This document shows, in pieces, positions 1-8,354 of a stretch of DNA of 64,000 nucleotides (within the stretch, counting starts at the first letter, position 1; each line of letters starts with the position of its first letter). Source of the DNA: Candidatus Woesebacteria bacterium (GTDB lineage Bacteria; Patescibacteriota; Saccharimonadia; Saccharimonadales; EFPC-124). The stretch is from contig JASFQB010000002.1 of NCBI GenBank assembly GCA_050115675.1, forward strand, positions 68,376-132,375, read 5' to 3'. Below the pieces are notes generated by a model. The model was not told the origin of the DNA. It made no database searches and saw nothing but the letters and a program-made list of their open reading frames with translations. Position numbers and translations under genes: made by a program.

Positions 1-879
1 TGTGCGGAATAGCGGTTGGCCGAGTTTGTTTAAAATGCTTTGATACAATTCTTCCTCGTGTGTAGTCAATTCCGGCTCGTCGTATTTAATAAAGAACGAG
101 CCAATCAAAAATACAAAACCCCAAGACAGCGCCATTTTTGCGTCGTTGGTAAACCCGCCAATTAGCAAAACGGCCAGCCACACCCACCAGCGCGAGATTA
201 GAAAACTCCGGATTTTGCCGTCAATTTGCGCATAGCCTTTGTTAAGAATTTTGTTGTAAATGCGCGTCGGCCAATACGAATGATGCGGCGTGAGCACCAT
301 TTGCAGCGCCGTTGTCTCGCCAGGCTTAAGCTTGGTCATCGACCCGGCCACATATGCCACGACATCGCTTTGGTCTAGCTCTTCGTTTTGCGCGAGTGGG
401 TAAGCGTAATGGCGGCATTGCTTTGGTTGCCCGATTATTGTAAAACCATCTGTGAATGTCTGCGGCTCGCCATCAAGCTTGCGGAATTGCGCATCCGGCA
501 TGTACGAAGCAACGTGCCGTTTTAATGCCGCAACCTCACGCGGACTAATACGGATAAGATAGCGCACACCATCTGTGCGGGACGAAATAATTTCAAGCGA
601 CGCGGTTTGGCCGCGGCCGATTGTATGCTGCAGAACGGTAAGAAGCTGTTGCGTTGCAAGCAAGGATTTTTCGGACTGGCTTGGCGGCGTAATTTCTAAA
701 AAGGTGGCTGGTGATTTGCTGGCGCGCCAAAAAATATACGCTCCTTTTAAGACCGAATAAACCGGCTCCAAAATCCAGCGGTAAAGCAGATAAGCAACGA
801 CACTCAGAAAAACAACACTAAAAGTACGGTCAAAAATATTATGGCCCAAGAAATTCAGCACGTCGTCTAGGATAGGCAT
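1..879 (-). CDS. Membrane-anchored hypothetical protein, N-terminal part only (ORF runs off the left edge). Possibly the N-domain of a CPR-type VirD4/TraG/HerA-like ATPase
   Basis: Absent from the track because it is open at nt 1. My reverse-strand translation from ATG (877-879) is stop-free: MPILDDVLNFLGHNIFDRTFSVVFLSVVAYLLYRW...FLEITPPSQSEKSLLATQQLLTVLQH...SLEIISSRTDGVRYLIRISPREV. N-terminal TM helix. The functional guess is from memory of similar N-domains only. Confidence 0.45.
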   Translation of the reverse strand, partial: MPILDDVLNFLGHNIFDRTFSVVFLSVVAYLLYRWILEPVYSVLKGAYIFWRASKSPATFLEITPPSQSEKSLLATQQLLTVLQHTIGRGQTASLEIISSRTDGVRYLIRISPREVAALKRHVASYMPDAQFRKLDGEPQTFTDGFTIIGQPKQCRHYAYPLAQNEELDQSDVVAYVAGSMTKLKPGETTALQMVLTPHHSYWPTRIYNKILNKGYAQIDGKIRSFLISRWWVWLAVLLIGGFTNDAKMALSWGFVFLIGSFFIKYDEPELTTHEEELYQSILNKLGQPLFRT

Positions 880-954
880 AACCACGTTATAATTCTGTTA
901 GTTCTACAAACTAATCGTAACTTATAGAGAGGATCTGAGCAAATACAGAATGTC

Positions 955-990
955 ATCGGGTATAATCAAATAATCGGGTATAATCAAATA
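955..990 (+). repeat. Perfect 18-bp tandem duplication ATCGGGTATAATCAAATA x2, giving two TATAAT boxes upstream of the NUDIX operon
   Basis: Read directly: 955-972 and 973-990 are identical; TATAAT at 961-966 and 979-984; 24 nt before ATG 1014. Confidence 0.9.
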
Positions 991-1013
991 TATGAGTCAG
1001 AAAAGATAAATCC

Positions 1014-1451
1014 ATGAACATAGAAGCAAAAACTCCCCATCAGACTGTTAATGTAGTCGCTGGTTGCCTAATTTGCGATGACGACAAATATTTGCTGGTA
1101 CAAGAGCGAAAAGCCAGTGTGCACGGGCAATGGAATTTGCCCGCAGGTAGAGTGCATGAAGGTGAAAGTCTTGAACAAGCGGCTGCCCGCGAAGCATTGG
1201 AAGAAACAGGATATGTAGTAGAAGTTGGGCGCCAGGTTATTGTTGCGCACTACGCAGCGAATGAACCGGTTTTGCACGCCTACGAGGCAAAAATTGTAGG
1301 TGGCGATTTGCAGCCAAGCCCAGACGACGTGTTAGACGCAAAATGGCTTACCCTGAACGAAATAGTCGAACTGCATAAACAAGGCAAGCTGCGCGTCGAT
1401 TGGCCTTACGTTGTTTTGCAGGCAGACGGAAAATTGGAGGATCGATCATGA
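1014..1451 (+). CDS. NUDIX hydrolase
   Basis: Nudix box GRVHEGESLEQAAAREALEETGY (GX5EX7REUXEEXGU). Confidence 0.85.
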   Translation: MNIEAKTPHQTVNVVAGCLICDDDKYLLVQERKASVHGQWNLPAGRVHEGESLEQAAAREALEETGYVVEVGRQVIVAHYAANEPVLHAYEAKIVGGDLQPSPDDVLDAKWLTLNEIVELHKQGKLRVDWPYVVLQADGKLEDRS

Positions 1452-2065
1452 CATCACTTCCTGTAGACATCGTAATGCTTCCCTCTGAAGAACTAACCCA
1501 AAAAGCGGTTGCCGCTAGCAAAAGCCTACAGCAACACGGTGCACTCTTTGAGCTAAACGCGGCAACCGGCCCATTCCCGCACGCCTCACTCTATATGACA
1601 CAGCTCAAAACTGAAGATTTAGACAAAGCCAAAGAAATAATTGCGGGCATCGCTGCCAAAACGCCTGTCTTTAATCTAGTGGCAACCCGCTATGTGCAAG
1701 AGGAAGGCTACATAGACCCAGATTATGAGCGAACCGATGAGCTAGCCGACCTACAAATGAAAGTAGTAAATGCCATCAACCCAATCCGTGACGGTATGCG
1801 CGCAAAAGACATAGCCCGCTTGCCAGAAACAACCGGCATTGTGCGCGAAAACCTAGAAAAATATGGCTATCGCGGCGTTGGCGAATTGTTCCGGCCACAC
1901 ATGACCCTTGCTCGTTTTGCTGTTGGCAAAAAGATTGATACTTCGGTATTACCGCCAGCAAGCGAACTCAGCGGCCAGTTTATAAAACTCGGCTTATTTG
2001 AAATGGGCGACAACGGCACATGTGTGCGCAAGATTGCGGAGTTTGAGTTAGGAGGCGCAGTATGA
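1448..2065 (+). CDS. 2H phosphoesterase superfamily protein (LigT / 2'-5' RNA ligase-like)
   Basis: Two HxT/Sx motifs (PHASLY and PHMTLA). Start moved to ATG 1448 (GGAGG 1436-1440; ATGA overlap with the NUDIX stop). Confidence 0.6.
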   Translation: MTSLPVDIVMLPSEELTQKAVAASKSLQQHGALFELNAATGPFPHASLYMTQLKTEDLDKAKEIIAGIAAKTPVFNLVATRYVQEEGYIDPDYERTDELADLQMKVVNAINPIRDGMRAKDIARLPETTGIVRENLEKYGYRGVGELFRPHMTLARFAVGKKIDTSVLPPASELSGQFIKLGLFEMGDNGTCVRKIAEFELGGAV

Positions 2066-2628
2066 AAAACGCCATAATCCTCCACGGTCGCCCCGGCAAA
2101 GAAGAATACTACAGCGATAAGTACCCATCCTCCAGCAATTACCACTGGTTCCCATGGTTACAAAAACAACTTCTCATGCGGGACATCCCCGCTCAAACAC
2201 CGGAAGTGCCCAATGCGTATCGCCGCTACTATCCAACTTGGTGCAAAGAATTTGAGCGCTACGATATCACGCCAGAAACAATCCTAGTCGGGCATAGTCT
2301 AGGCGGCGGCTTTATAGCGCGTTGGCTGAGCGAGCATAAAAACGTAAAAGTTGGCAAAGTTGTGCTGGTTGCGCCCTGGCTCGACCCAGACAATATTGAT
2401 GAAGACGACTTTTTTGACTTTAAAATAGACCCAAAACTTGCCAGCCGCACAGCGGGCTTAATAATATTCAACTCCGACAACGACGATGACGATATTCACC
2501 GGAGCGTCAAAACATTAACAGATACAATTCAGGGCGCGCAAGTGCGAAAGTTTCATGGCTATGGGCATTTTACGCTTGGCAGTATGAAGACAGCAGAGTT
2601 TCCAGAGCTGCTTGAGGAGATACTGTGA
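2062..2628 (+). CDS. Alpha/beta serine hydrolase, YdeN/RBBP9-like
   Basis: Nucleophile elbow GHSLGG; about 190 aa; IILHG...HWFPWL N-terminus typical of the family; ATGA overlap with the upstream gene. Confidence 0.7.
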   Translation: MKNAIILHGRPGKEEYYSDKYPSSSNYHWFPWLQKQLLMRDIPAQTPEVPNAYRRYYPTWCKEFERYDITPETILVGHSLGGGFIARWLSEHKNVKVGKVVLVAPWLDPDNIDEDDFFDFKIDPKLASRTAGLIIFNSDNDDDDIHRSVKTLTDTIQGAQVRKFHGYGHFTLGSMKTAEFPELLEEIL

Positions 2629-3140
2629 TGAAAACAACTCTATACATGGCCATCTCCATCGACGGCTACGTAGCCGGCCTAAACGACGAAACGCCCTGGA
2701 GTGATGCAGAATGGGATGCGTTTCAGGAGTTTGTAAAAACCTGTGACGTAGTTTTGCTAGGCCGCAGGACTTACGAAATTATGCGGATTGACGGCGACTT
2801 TGTTGAAGGCCCGGAATATATCGTTGTTACCAATGATCAATCTCTCGACACTGGCGCATTCCGCAAAGTTAGCATCAAGACCAAAGATGATTTGCCGCAA
2901 GTGGAGCGTCTGGGCATAATCGGTGGCGGCGATCTAAACGGCACACTGGCTAAACTCGGCGTAATTAACGAAGTAATCCTAGACATTGAGCCAATTACTT
3001 TAGGCTCCGGCATTAGACTGTTTGGCGATCATGATGTACAGCTCAAACTAGAGCTAGCGAAATCTAGACGTATTGGCGAGGGCACGGTGCAGAATCGCTA
3101 TCTTGTAATTCCGGACGATACTACAGAGGGGTCAATATGA
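2628..3140 (+). CDS. Dihydrofolate reductase-like (RibD C-terminal domain) family protein
   Basis: LYMAISIDGYVAG...ETPWS...LLGRRTYE...IGGGDL...LDIEPITLGSGIRLF pattern; ATG 2628 overlaps the preceding TGA. Confidence 0.7.
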   Translation: MKTTLYMAISIDGYVAGLNDETPWSDAEWDAFQEFVKTCDVVLLGRRTYEIMRIDGDFVEGPEYIVVTNDQSLDTGAFRKVSIKTKDDLPQVERLGIIGGGDLNGTLAKLGVINEVILDIEPITLGSGIRLFGDHDVQLKLELAKSRRIGEGTVQNRYLVIPDDTTEGSI

Positions 3141-3793
3141 CAAATATCGATGATTGCGCTAAAACAATCTGGGATTATCATCATCTCAACCAGTCGCTAG
3201 AAAAATGCGACATCATCCTCGCTCTCGGTAGCTCTGACCTACGCGTTGCCGAATACGCCGCCCAACTCTTTTTGGACGGTTACGGCGATTACCTTGTCAT
3301 ATCCGGTGGTTACGGCAAAATCACCAAAAACCGATTCAACAAACCAGAAGCTGAAATCTTTGCGGACATTGCGATAAGACTTGGCATACCCAAAGATAAA
3401 ATCATTATTGAGCCAGAAGCCGCCAACACCGGGCAGAATATTACGTTGACTTACAAATTGCTGCAAAAGCGCGAACTAACTCCATCATGTATGTTGGTCG
3501 TCACTAAGCCTTACATGGAGCGCCGCGTCTACGCGACATTCAAGAAACAGTGGCCAGACAATGAGGCGAAACTTATCGTGTCATCGCCGCCGATCAAGTA
3601 TGAAGACTACTTTACTGACGATCTACCAAAAGACTTCGTTATAAACATCATGGTTGGCGATTTACAAAGAATCCGGGAGTACCCAAAACTGGGCTACCAA
3701 ATAGAGCAAGAAATTCCAGCTGAAGTATGGCAAGCTTACGAACAGCTTGTGGCGGTTGGGTTTGATAAGGCTCTGATAAAGGAGCAGTCATGA
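3137..3793 (+). CDS. YdcF/DUF218 family protein (copy 1)
   Basis: ILALGS...RV..A..L...G....LVISGG...EPEAANTGQN...KPYMERR pattern. Paralog of 17301-17954 (roughly 55-60% aa identity by eye). Confidence 0.7.
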   Translation: MTNIDDCAKTIWDYHHLNQSLEKCDIILALGSSDLRVAEYAAQLFLDGYGDYLVISGGYGKITKNRFNKPEAEIFADIAIRLGIPKDKIIIEPEAANTGQNITLTYKLLQKRELTPSCMLVVTKPYMERRVYATFKKQWPDNEAKLIVSSPPIKYEDYFTDDLPKDFVINIMVGDLQRIREYPKLGYQIEQEIPAEVWQAYEQLVAVGFDKALIKEQS

Positions 3794-4791
3794 ACTTCAA
3801 ACGACGAACACTAAATCAAATTGCTGACATGATATGCGGTAATTTTCAAGAGAGTGAGTCATTTTTCCCGTATAGAAGCAGTAAGTATTTGACCGAGTTT
3901 TTCGAGGATGCCGACACTGACTACGCTCACGATGGCACAACCAGAGCTAGTTGGGTAGCAGATACATTAGCCAAGATCCTATCTGAGCCAACCTCAAGCT
4001 CGAATATCTTGCCGGATTCATTTGCTCGTATCATCGATCGACTTATGGACCCCAGCGAAGCCACCAATGAGGATAATAATCGTTTGAATGCCCTCGGTCA
4101 GCTCACTTCATCCTTAGCCAGAGAGGGCTTTGAAGCATTCTACGGAGAAGATAAAAAGTGCTACTTGAGGCACATAAAAACTAACACGATTGCAATAATG
4201 GGTCCGAACCCACACAGGCCCTTTTCTGCCGCAGAACAAGAGCGCCGGAAGCAACTTGAAGGCTATCTTGTTACTTGCTCAGAAGATAATCTTATAGAAG
4301 AAATTCTTCTGCCATTATTTCGCCAGCTAGGTTTTCATCGCATAACGCCAGCACGACATCGCGATAAGGCGTTGGAGTACGGTAAAGATGTCTGGATGAA
4401 GTATACTCTACCCACACAGCATGTTTTATACTTCGGGATTCAAGCAAAAAAGGATAAGCTCGACTCGTCCGGAATGAGCAAGGCAGGCAACGTAAACGTT
4501 GCAGAAATTCTTAATCAGCTCACCATGATGCTGGGGCATGAGATATTTGATCCTGAAATTGGAAAACGCGTACTTGTTGACCACGCCTTTATAGTAGCAG
4601 GTGGCGAAATAACCAAAGCTGCTCGCAATTGGCTAGGAAATAAACTAGACGCCACCAAACGCAGCCAGATACTCTTTATGGATCGTGAGGACATCCTGAA
4701 TCTCTTTGTTGTGACCAATTTGCCGCTACCAAAAGGGGCATTACCAAAATCTGACGATACTCCAATTAACCTGGACGATATACCATTCTAA
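3790..4791 (+). CDS. Protein with a C-terminal Mrr-like (PD-(D/E)xK) restriction-endonuclease domain and an unknown 170-aa N-domain
   Basis: LLPLFRQLGFHRI...EYGKDVWMKY...YFGIQAKK...AFIVAGGEITKAA...ILFMDREDILNLF matches the layout of Mrr_cat-type nucleases (D ... QxK). ATGA-coupled to ydcF-like copy 1. Confidence 0.45.
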   Translation: MNFKRRTLNQIADMICGNFQESESFFPYRSSKYLTEFFEDADTDYAHDGTTRASWVADTLAKILSEPTSSSNILPDSFARIIDRLMDPSEATNEDNNRLNALGQLTSSLAREGFEAFYGEDKKCYLRHIKTNTIAIMGPNPHRPFSAAEQERRKQLEGYLVTCSEDNLIEEILLPLFRQLGFHRITPARHRDKALEYGKDVWMKYTLPTQHVLYFGIQAKKDKLDSSGMSKAGNVNVAEILNQLTMMLGHEIFDPEIGKRVLVDHAFIVAGGEITKAARNWLGNKLDATKRSQILFMDREDILNLFVVTNLPLPKGALPKSDDTPINLDDIPF

Positions 4792-4862
4792 TAAAGTGTC
4801 GCAAGATGTTGTTCGCAGTCGGTGGTCATTCCGTGGGCGAAGTAGGTTTTTGGTGCCATTAC

Positions 4863-5216
4863 CTAAGATTCCGTATTTATCTCTTTGTGCTGCTCCGGAT
4901 AAAAAGCAGGCGAGCAAGGAACAAACAATTGCATTTTGTTGCCTTGCCAGTAATACGGTTCGTTTGCGTCAAGGAAGATGGCATCGCCAGCTTGCAAATC
5001 TTGCTCGTGGCCATCAAAACCGATCTTGCCGGAGCCGCTCATAACGTAAGCAATCTCCTGACAAACTTCGTTTACCAATCTGCCTTTGGCTGGATAACGA
5101 CCATCAATAGTTATTATGGCGATGTTTAAGGCTTGGCTTTCAAAAGGAAATTCAACGCCATAGCAGGTTTCGCTGTTGGCAAAAGGGGTTGTGTCTGATT
5201 TTTTGATTATTTTCAT
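4863..5216 (-). CDS. Cupin domain protein
   Basis: 117 aa; EIAYVMSGSGKIGFDGHEQDLQAGDAIFL is typical of the cupin_2 beta-barrel. Confidence 0.6.
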   Translation of the reverse strand: MKIIKKSDTTPFANSETCYGVEFPFESQALNIAIITIDGRYPAKGRLVNEVCQEIAYVMSGSGKIGFDGHEQDLQAGDAIFLDANEPYYWQGNKMQLFVPCSPAFYPEQHKEINTES

Positions 5217-5228
5217 GGGGTTAGATGT

Positions 5229-5456
5229 TTATAAGCCTTTGAACAATTCCGCAACCGGTACGCTCAGACACTTTGCCAATTTCTGCAAAGTAACAAGCCT
5301 CGGCCATCGTCGCCCCTGCTCAATAAACCCTATAGATAAAGGCGTAATATCTGCCCGCTCTGCAAGCTGTTCTTGCGTAAGTCCGCGCGAGCGGCGTATT
5401 TCGGCCAAGCGTTTGCCGAAGGCTTTTAGATATTTTGACTCATTTGCATTGTTCAT
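5229..5456 (-). CDS. XRE-family HTH transcriptional regulator (tandem copy A)
   Basis: FGKRLAEIRRSRGLTQEQLAERADITPLSIGFIEQGRRWP. Start set at ATG (5454-5456) by analogy with copy B; the track start is a TTG. Confidence 0.8.
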   Translation of the reverse strand: MNNANESKYLKAFGKRLAEIRRSRGLTQEQLAERADITPLSIGFIEQGRRWPRLVTLQKLAKCLSVPVAELFKGL

Positions 5457-5475
5457 TACTTCTAGAGTAAGCAAA

Positions 5476-5492
5476 CATTACAATTTGTAACA
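5476..5492. promoter_or_regulatory. Imperfect palindromic operator candidate CATTACAATTTGTAACA
   Basis: Located 20 nt upstream of XRE copy A. Shares the 11-mer GTAACACTTAC (5487-5497) with the copy B site. Confidence 0.3.
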
Positions 5493-5548
5493 CTTACAGG
5501 TTGACATAGTCGGTAAAAAATCAAATAAATAAGCTCAAAATTAGAGAA

Positions 5549-5767
5549 CTAAAGCCCTTTGAACAAATCGGCAATGGGCACGCCAAGGCACTTTGCAAGC
5601 TTGTGCAGCGTAGCGATTCGCGGCCACCGCCTGCCTTGCTCGATAAAGCTAATAGACAGCGGGGTCACATCTGCGCGCTCCGCTAATTGCTCTTGCGTCA
5701 ACTTGCGGCTGCGACGCACTTCTGCCAGGCGTTTGCCAAATGCGGCTAAATACTTCGCTTCATTCAT
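5549..5767 (-). CDS. XRE-family HTH transcriptional regulator (tandem copy B)
   Basis: FGKRLAEVRRSRKLTQEQLAERADVTPLSISFIEQGRRWP. Near-identical architecture to copy A; start at ATG (5765-5767). Confidence 0.8.
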   Translation of the reverse strand: MNEAKYLAAFGKRLAEVRRSRKLTQEQLAERADVTPLSISFIEQGRRWPRIATLHKLAKCLGVPIADLFKGL

Positions 5768-5788
5768 CACCTCTTTAGAGTAGACAAA

Positions 5789-5805
5789 TGTTACGATCCG
5801 TAACA
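5789..5805. promoter_or_regulatory. Perfect palindromic operator candidate TGTTAC-N5-GTAACA
   Basis: TGTTACGATCCGTAACA read directly, 22 nt upstream of XRE copy B and facing radC. Confidence 0.4.
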
Positions 5806-5886
5806 CTTACGAGTTGTAATATTAAAAATAGTGAGGTAGTATAAAACACAGATATAACTATTACAGGTCGTAATATCAAATAAATC

Positions 5887-6318
5887 ATGCAATCCAAACC
5901 AAAATTTTGTCTTTTTTGCAAGGCGACTCGTATTCGCGCAAACTCCCGGCCGATTAATAATAGCGAGGATGCGCTAACGTATCTTAAGTTTTTTCGCAAA
6001 GAAAAGCAGGAATATTTTGTGTGTTTGTCGCTGGACGCCGGGCTTAGGCCTGTGACCAGAACAATTGTGACGATTGGCTTGCTAGACAGGGTGATGGCGC
6101 ATCCGCGCGAGATATTTGCGCAGCCGCTTATTGACCGCGCGGCGCTGATTGTTGTTGCGCACAACCATCCGTCTGGCAATCCAAAACCCAGCAGGCGCGA
6201 TGTTGCGACAACGCAGCAACTTATTGCCGCGGGTCAGCTAATTGGGTTGCCAATTTGGGATCACATAATTGTTACACCCAAAAGTTACTACAGTTTTAAG
6301 GACGACGGGTGGGTTTAA
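5887..6318 (+). CDS. radC: RadC-like JAB/MPN domain protein (short, mobile-element type)
   Basis: JAMM motif VVAHNHPSGNPKPSRRD; 143 aa with no N-terminal HhH domain. Confidence 0.85.
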   Translation: MQSKPKFCLFCKATRIRANSRPINNSEDALTYLKFFRKEKQEYFVCLSLDAGLRPVTRTIVTIGLLDRVMAHPREIFAQPLIDRAALIVVAHNHPSGNPKPSRRDVATTQQLIAAGQLIGLPIWDHIIVTPKSYYSFKDDGWV

Positions 6319-6333
6319 AGATGGCGGGGTGGT

Positions 6334-6777
6334 ATGCATGGGTTAAGGGTTGAGCGGCGGAGTTTGGAGGATAGATCTTTGTCTCGCCTGGTTGCAGATG
6401 AAATCTTGGGCAATGTTGGCCGCGGCAAGACTGTTGTTGTCACGGATAGCCCGGCTGGTTTGCTCGCGGCTACTAAAAAGCGATGGCTCAAGATTATCCG
6501 GCGCGTGGAGTGCGAGCGGTCGAGCACGCTAAATGCCGCACGCATTGCTGAGTATTCCCAAAAGATCACGCAAATGCGCAGACTGCATTTTTCGGTCGCG
6601 CCACTGCAAGACATACTAACCGTTGACGTAACCTTTGCCACGGCGGAAAGCTTGGTGCAAATGCCGCCAACCTGCGCAATGTTGCTGGTGACTTACGAAT
6701 TTGAGAGGGAGAAGTTGTATATGATGACGGCGTGGATGTCCAGGAATGGTTTAGTAGTGATATACGATCCCAGCTAG
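6334..6777 (+). CDS. Hypothetical protein (G+C-rich)
   Basis: 147-aa ORF 16 nt after radC. An antisense ORF also exists, so coding status is uncertain; no recognisable motif. Confidence 0.35.
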   Translation: MHGLRVERRSLEDRSLSRLVADEILGNVGRGKTVVVTDSPAGLLAATKKRWLKIIRRVECERSSTLNAARIAEYSQKITQMRRLHFSVAPLQDILTVDVTFATAESLVQMPPTCAMLLVTYEFEREKLYMMTAWMSRNGLVVIYDPS

Positions 6778-6877
6778 CCCTAACATTTGTTTATGGTGAT
6801 TGTCAAAATACTCATAAATAATAAGCATTGGCTATAGGCAGTTTAAAACAAGAAAGGGCGGGCAATATGGAGGACTT

Positions 6878-8284
6878 ATGCAGGCACAAACAAAAGCAAT
6901 CATTCTTGCGCGAGTTTCGAGCAAGACGCAGGAGGATGAAGGCTATTCTCTGGACTCGCAGTTAAAACTCATGCGCAGCTACTGCAAAAGCAAGAAGCTG
7001 GACGTTGTAGAGGAGTTTAAGATAGCAGAAACCGCATCCAAAGATCAGCGCCGCAAGATCTATCATGAAATGATAGCGTACGTTACTAAGCATCGCGTGT
7101 TTAATGTGGTGGTCGAGAAGACGGATCGCCTGACACGCAATTTTAAAGACGCCACCATGATTGACGCATGGCTAGAAAGAGACGAGCGCCGAATGCTCCA
7201 CATGGTTAAAGAAAACTTACTGCTGCATAAAAACGCGCGCTCCGATGCCAAGTTTATGTGGAATATCTACCTTTCTGTTGCAAAGAAATACACAGATAAT
7301 CTGCGCGAGGAAGCAATGAAAGGCTGGGCGGAAAAACTAGCACAAGGTTGGCTGCCCGCTGAGCCGCCTCCAGGCTACATGACCGTTACGCAAGACGGCA
7401 AAAAGATACACATTGTTAACCCGGAAACCTACAAGCTCATACCCCATATCTTCAAGCTGGCCTTGCTCCCCGGCTATACGCGCAAAAGATTAAGCGAGGA
7501 AATGGCTAAGCTGGGCTTGACTACAAAAACGGGCAGGCCGTTCTCTCCTAGTTTTGTGACCAAGATTCTAACCAACCCTTTTTATATCGGCAAAAACTAC
7601 ATGCAGGGCAAGGAATATTCGGGTTCTCAGGAGCCGATAGTTACGAAGAAGCTTTTTTATGACGTACAAAAGAAACTTAAAAAAGGGGATTTCTGGCACG
7701 ATTCCAAGAAACACAACCCTATTTTTAAACGGATGATTACTTGCGAAAACTGCGGTGCCAAGCTGACTTGGTCGATGCACAAAGGCCGGTATTACGGGGC
7801 TTGTCACAGGCAAAAGGATATCTGTCGCGCAGCACCGTGCTTGCGGGAAGACCGCGTAGAGGCGTTGGTCATTCAGAAGCTCAGTGAGATTCATGACCCA
7901 GAAGGTAAGATGTTTGCCAAGCTCAAGTCGACACTGCTAATAACGCAGCCTCAGGACATATCCGCGTATCGCCAAAGCATGATAAATGAGCTGAACCGCC
8001 AGATTAACAAAATGCGTAGAGTTGAGGATAACTTGTACGATGATAAACTTGCCGGATATATCTCTAAAGAAAAGTTTGAGCAAAGGCGGGCGCAATTAGC
8101 TAAACAGGTGGCAGAAGCAAATGAACGTTTGGCAATGTTGCACGAGGTGGAGGTGTCTAGCGAACCTCCGAAAGAAGAAAAACAAGATTGTACGCCAATA
8201 GTTGACCTATATCTAAAAAAGCACTCCAAACCAAAAGCGGATAATTATGGCCCAGCTCTTCAAGAAAATGATGTGCGATGGTGA
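6878..8284 (+). CDS. Large serine recombinase (resolvase/invertase N-domain + recombinase + zinc-ribbon + coiled coil)
   Basis: AIILARVSSKTQEDEGYSLDSQ catalytic Ser motif; DRLTRN; Cys cluster CENCGAKL...CHRQKDIC; 468 aa. Confidence 0.85.
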   Translation: MQAQTKAIILARVSSKTQEDEGYSLDSQLKLMRSYCKSKKLDVVEEFKIAETASKDQRRKIYHEMIAYVTKHRVFNVVVEKTDRLTRNFKDATMIDAWLERDERRMLHMVKENLLLHKNARSDAKFMWNIYLSVAKKYTDNLREEAMKGWAEKLAQGWLPAEPPPGYMTVTQDGKKIHIVNPETYKLIPHIFKLALLPGYTRKRLSEEMAKLGLTTKTGRPFSPSFVTKILTNPFYIGKNYMQGKEYSGSQEPIVTKKLFYDVQKKLKKGDFWHDSKKHNPIFKRMITCENCGAKLTWSMHKGRYYGACHRQKDICRAAPCLREDRVEALVIQKLSEIHDPEGKMFAKLKSTLLITQPQDISAYRQSMINELNRQINKMRRVEDNLYDDKLAGYISKEKFEQRRAQLAKQVAEANERLAMLHEVEVSSEPPKEEKQDCTPIVDLYLKKHSKPKADNYGPALQENDVRW

Positions 8285-8354
8285 GAGCGTAAGTATACAG
8301 CCCAATTAGCTCCCATCTGTCCCGGCCGCGCCAATTGATGGTATAGTATAAATT

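Noticed and set aside
575-760. 61-aa plus-strand ORF
   Set aside because: It lies entirely antisense within the long stop-free minus-strand ORF 1-879.
4796-5129. 82-aa and 107-aa plus-strand ORFs
   Set aside because: They are antisense to the cupin gene, which has a recognisable fold signature.
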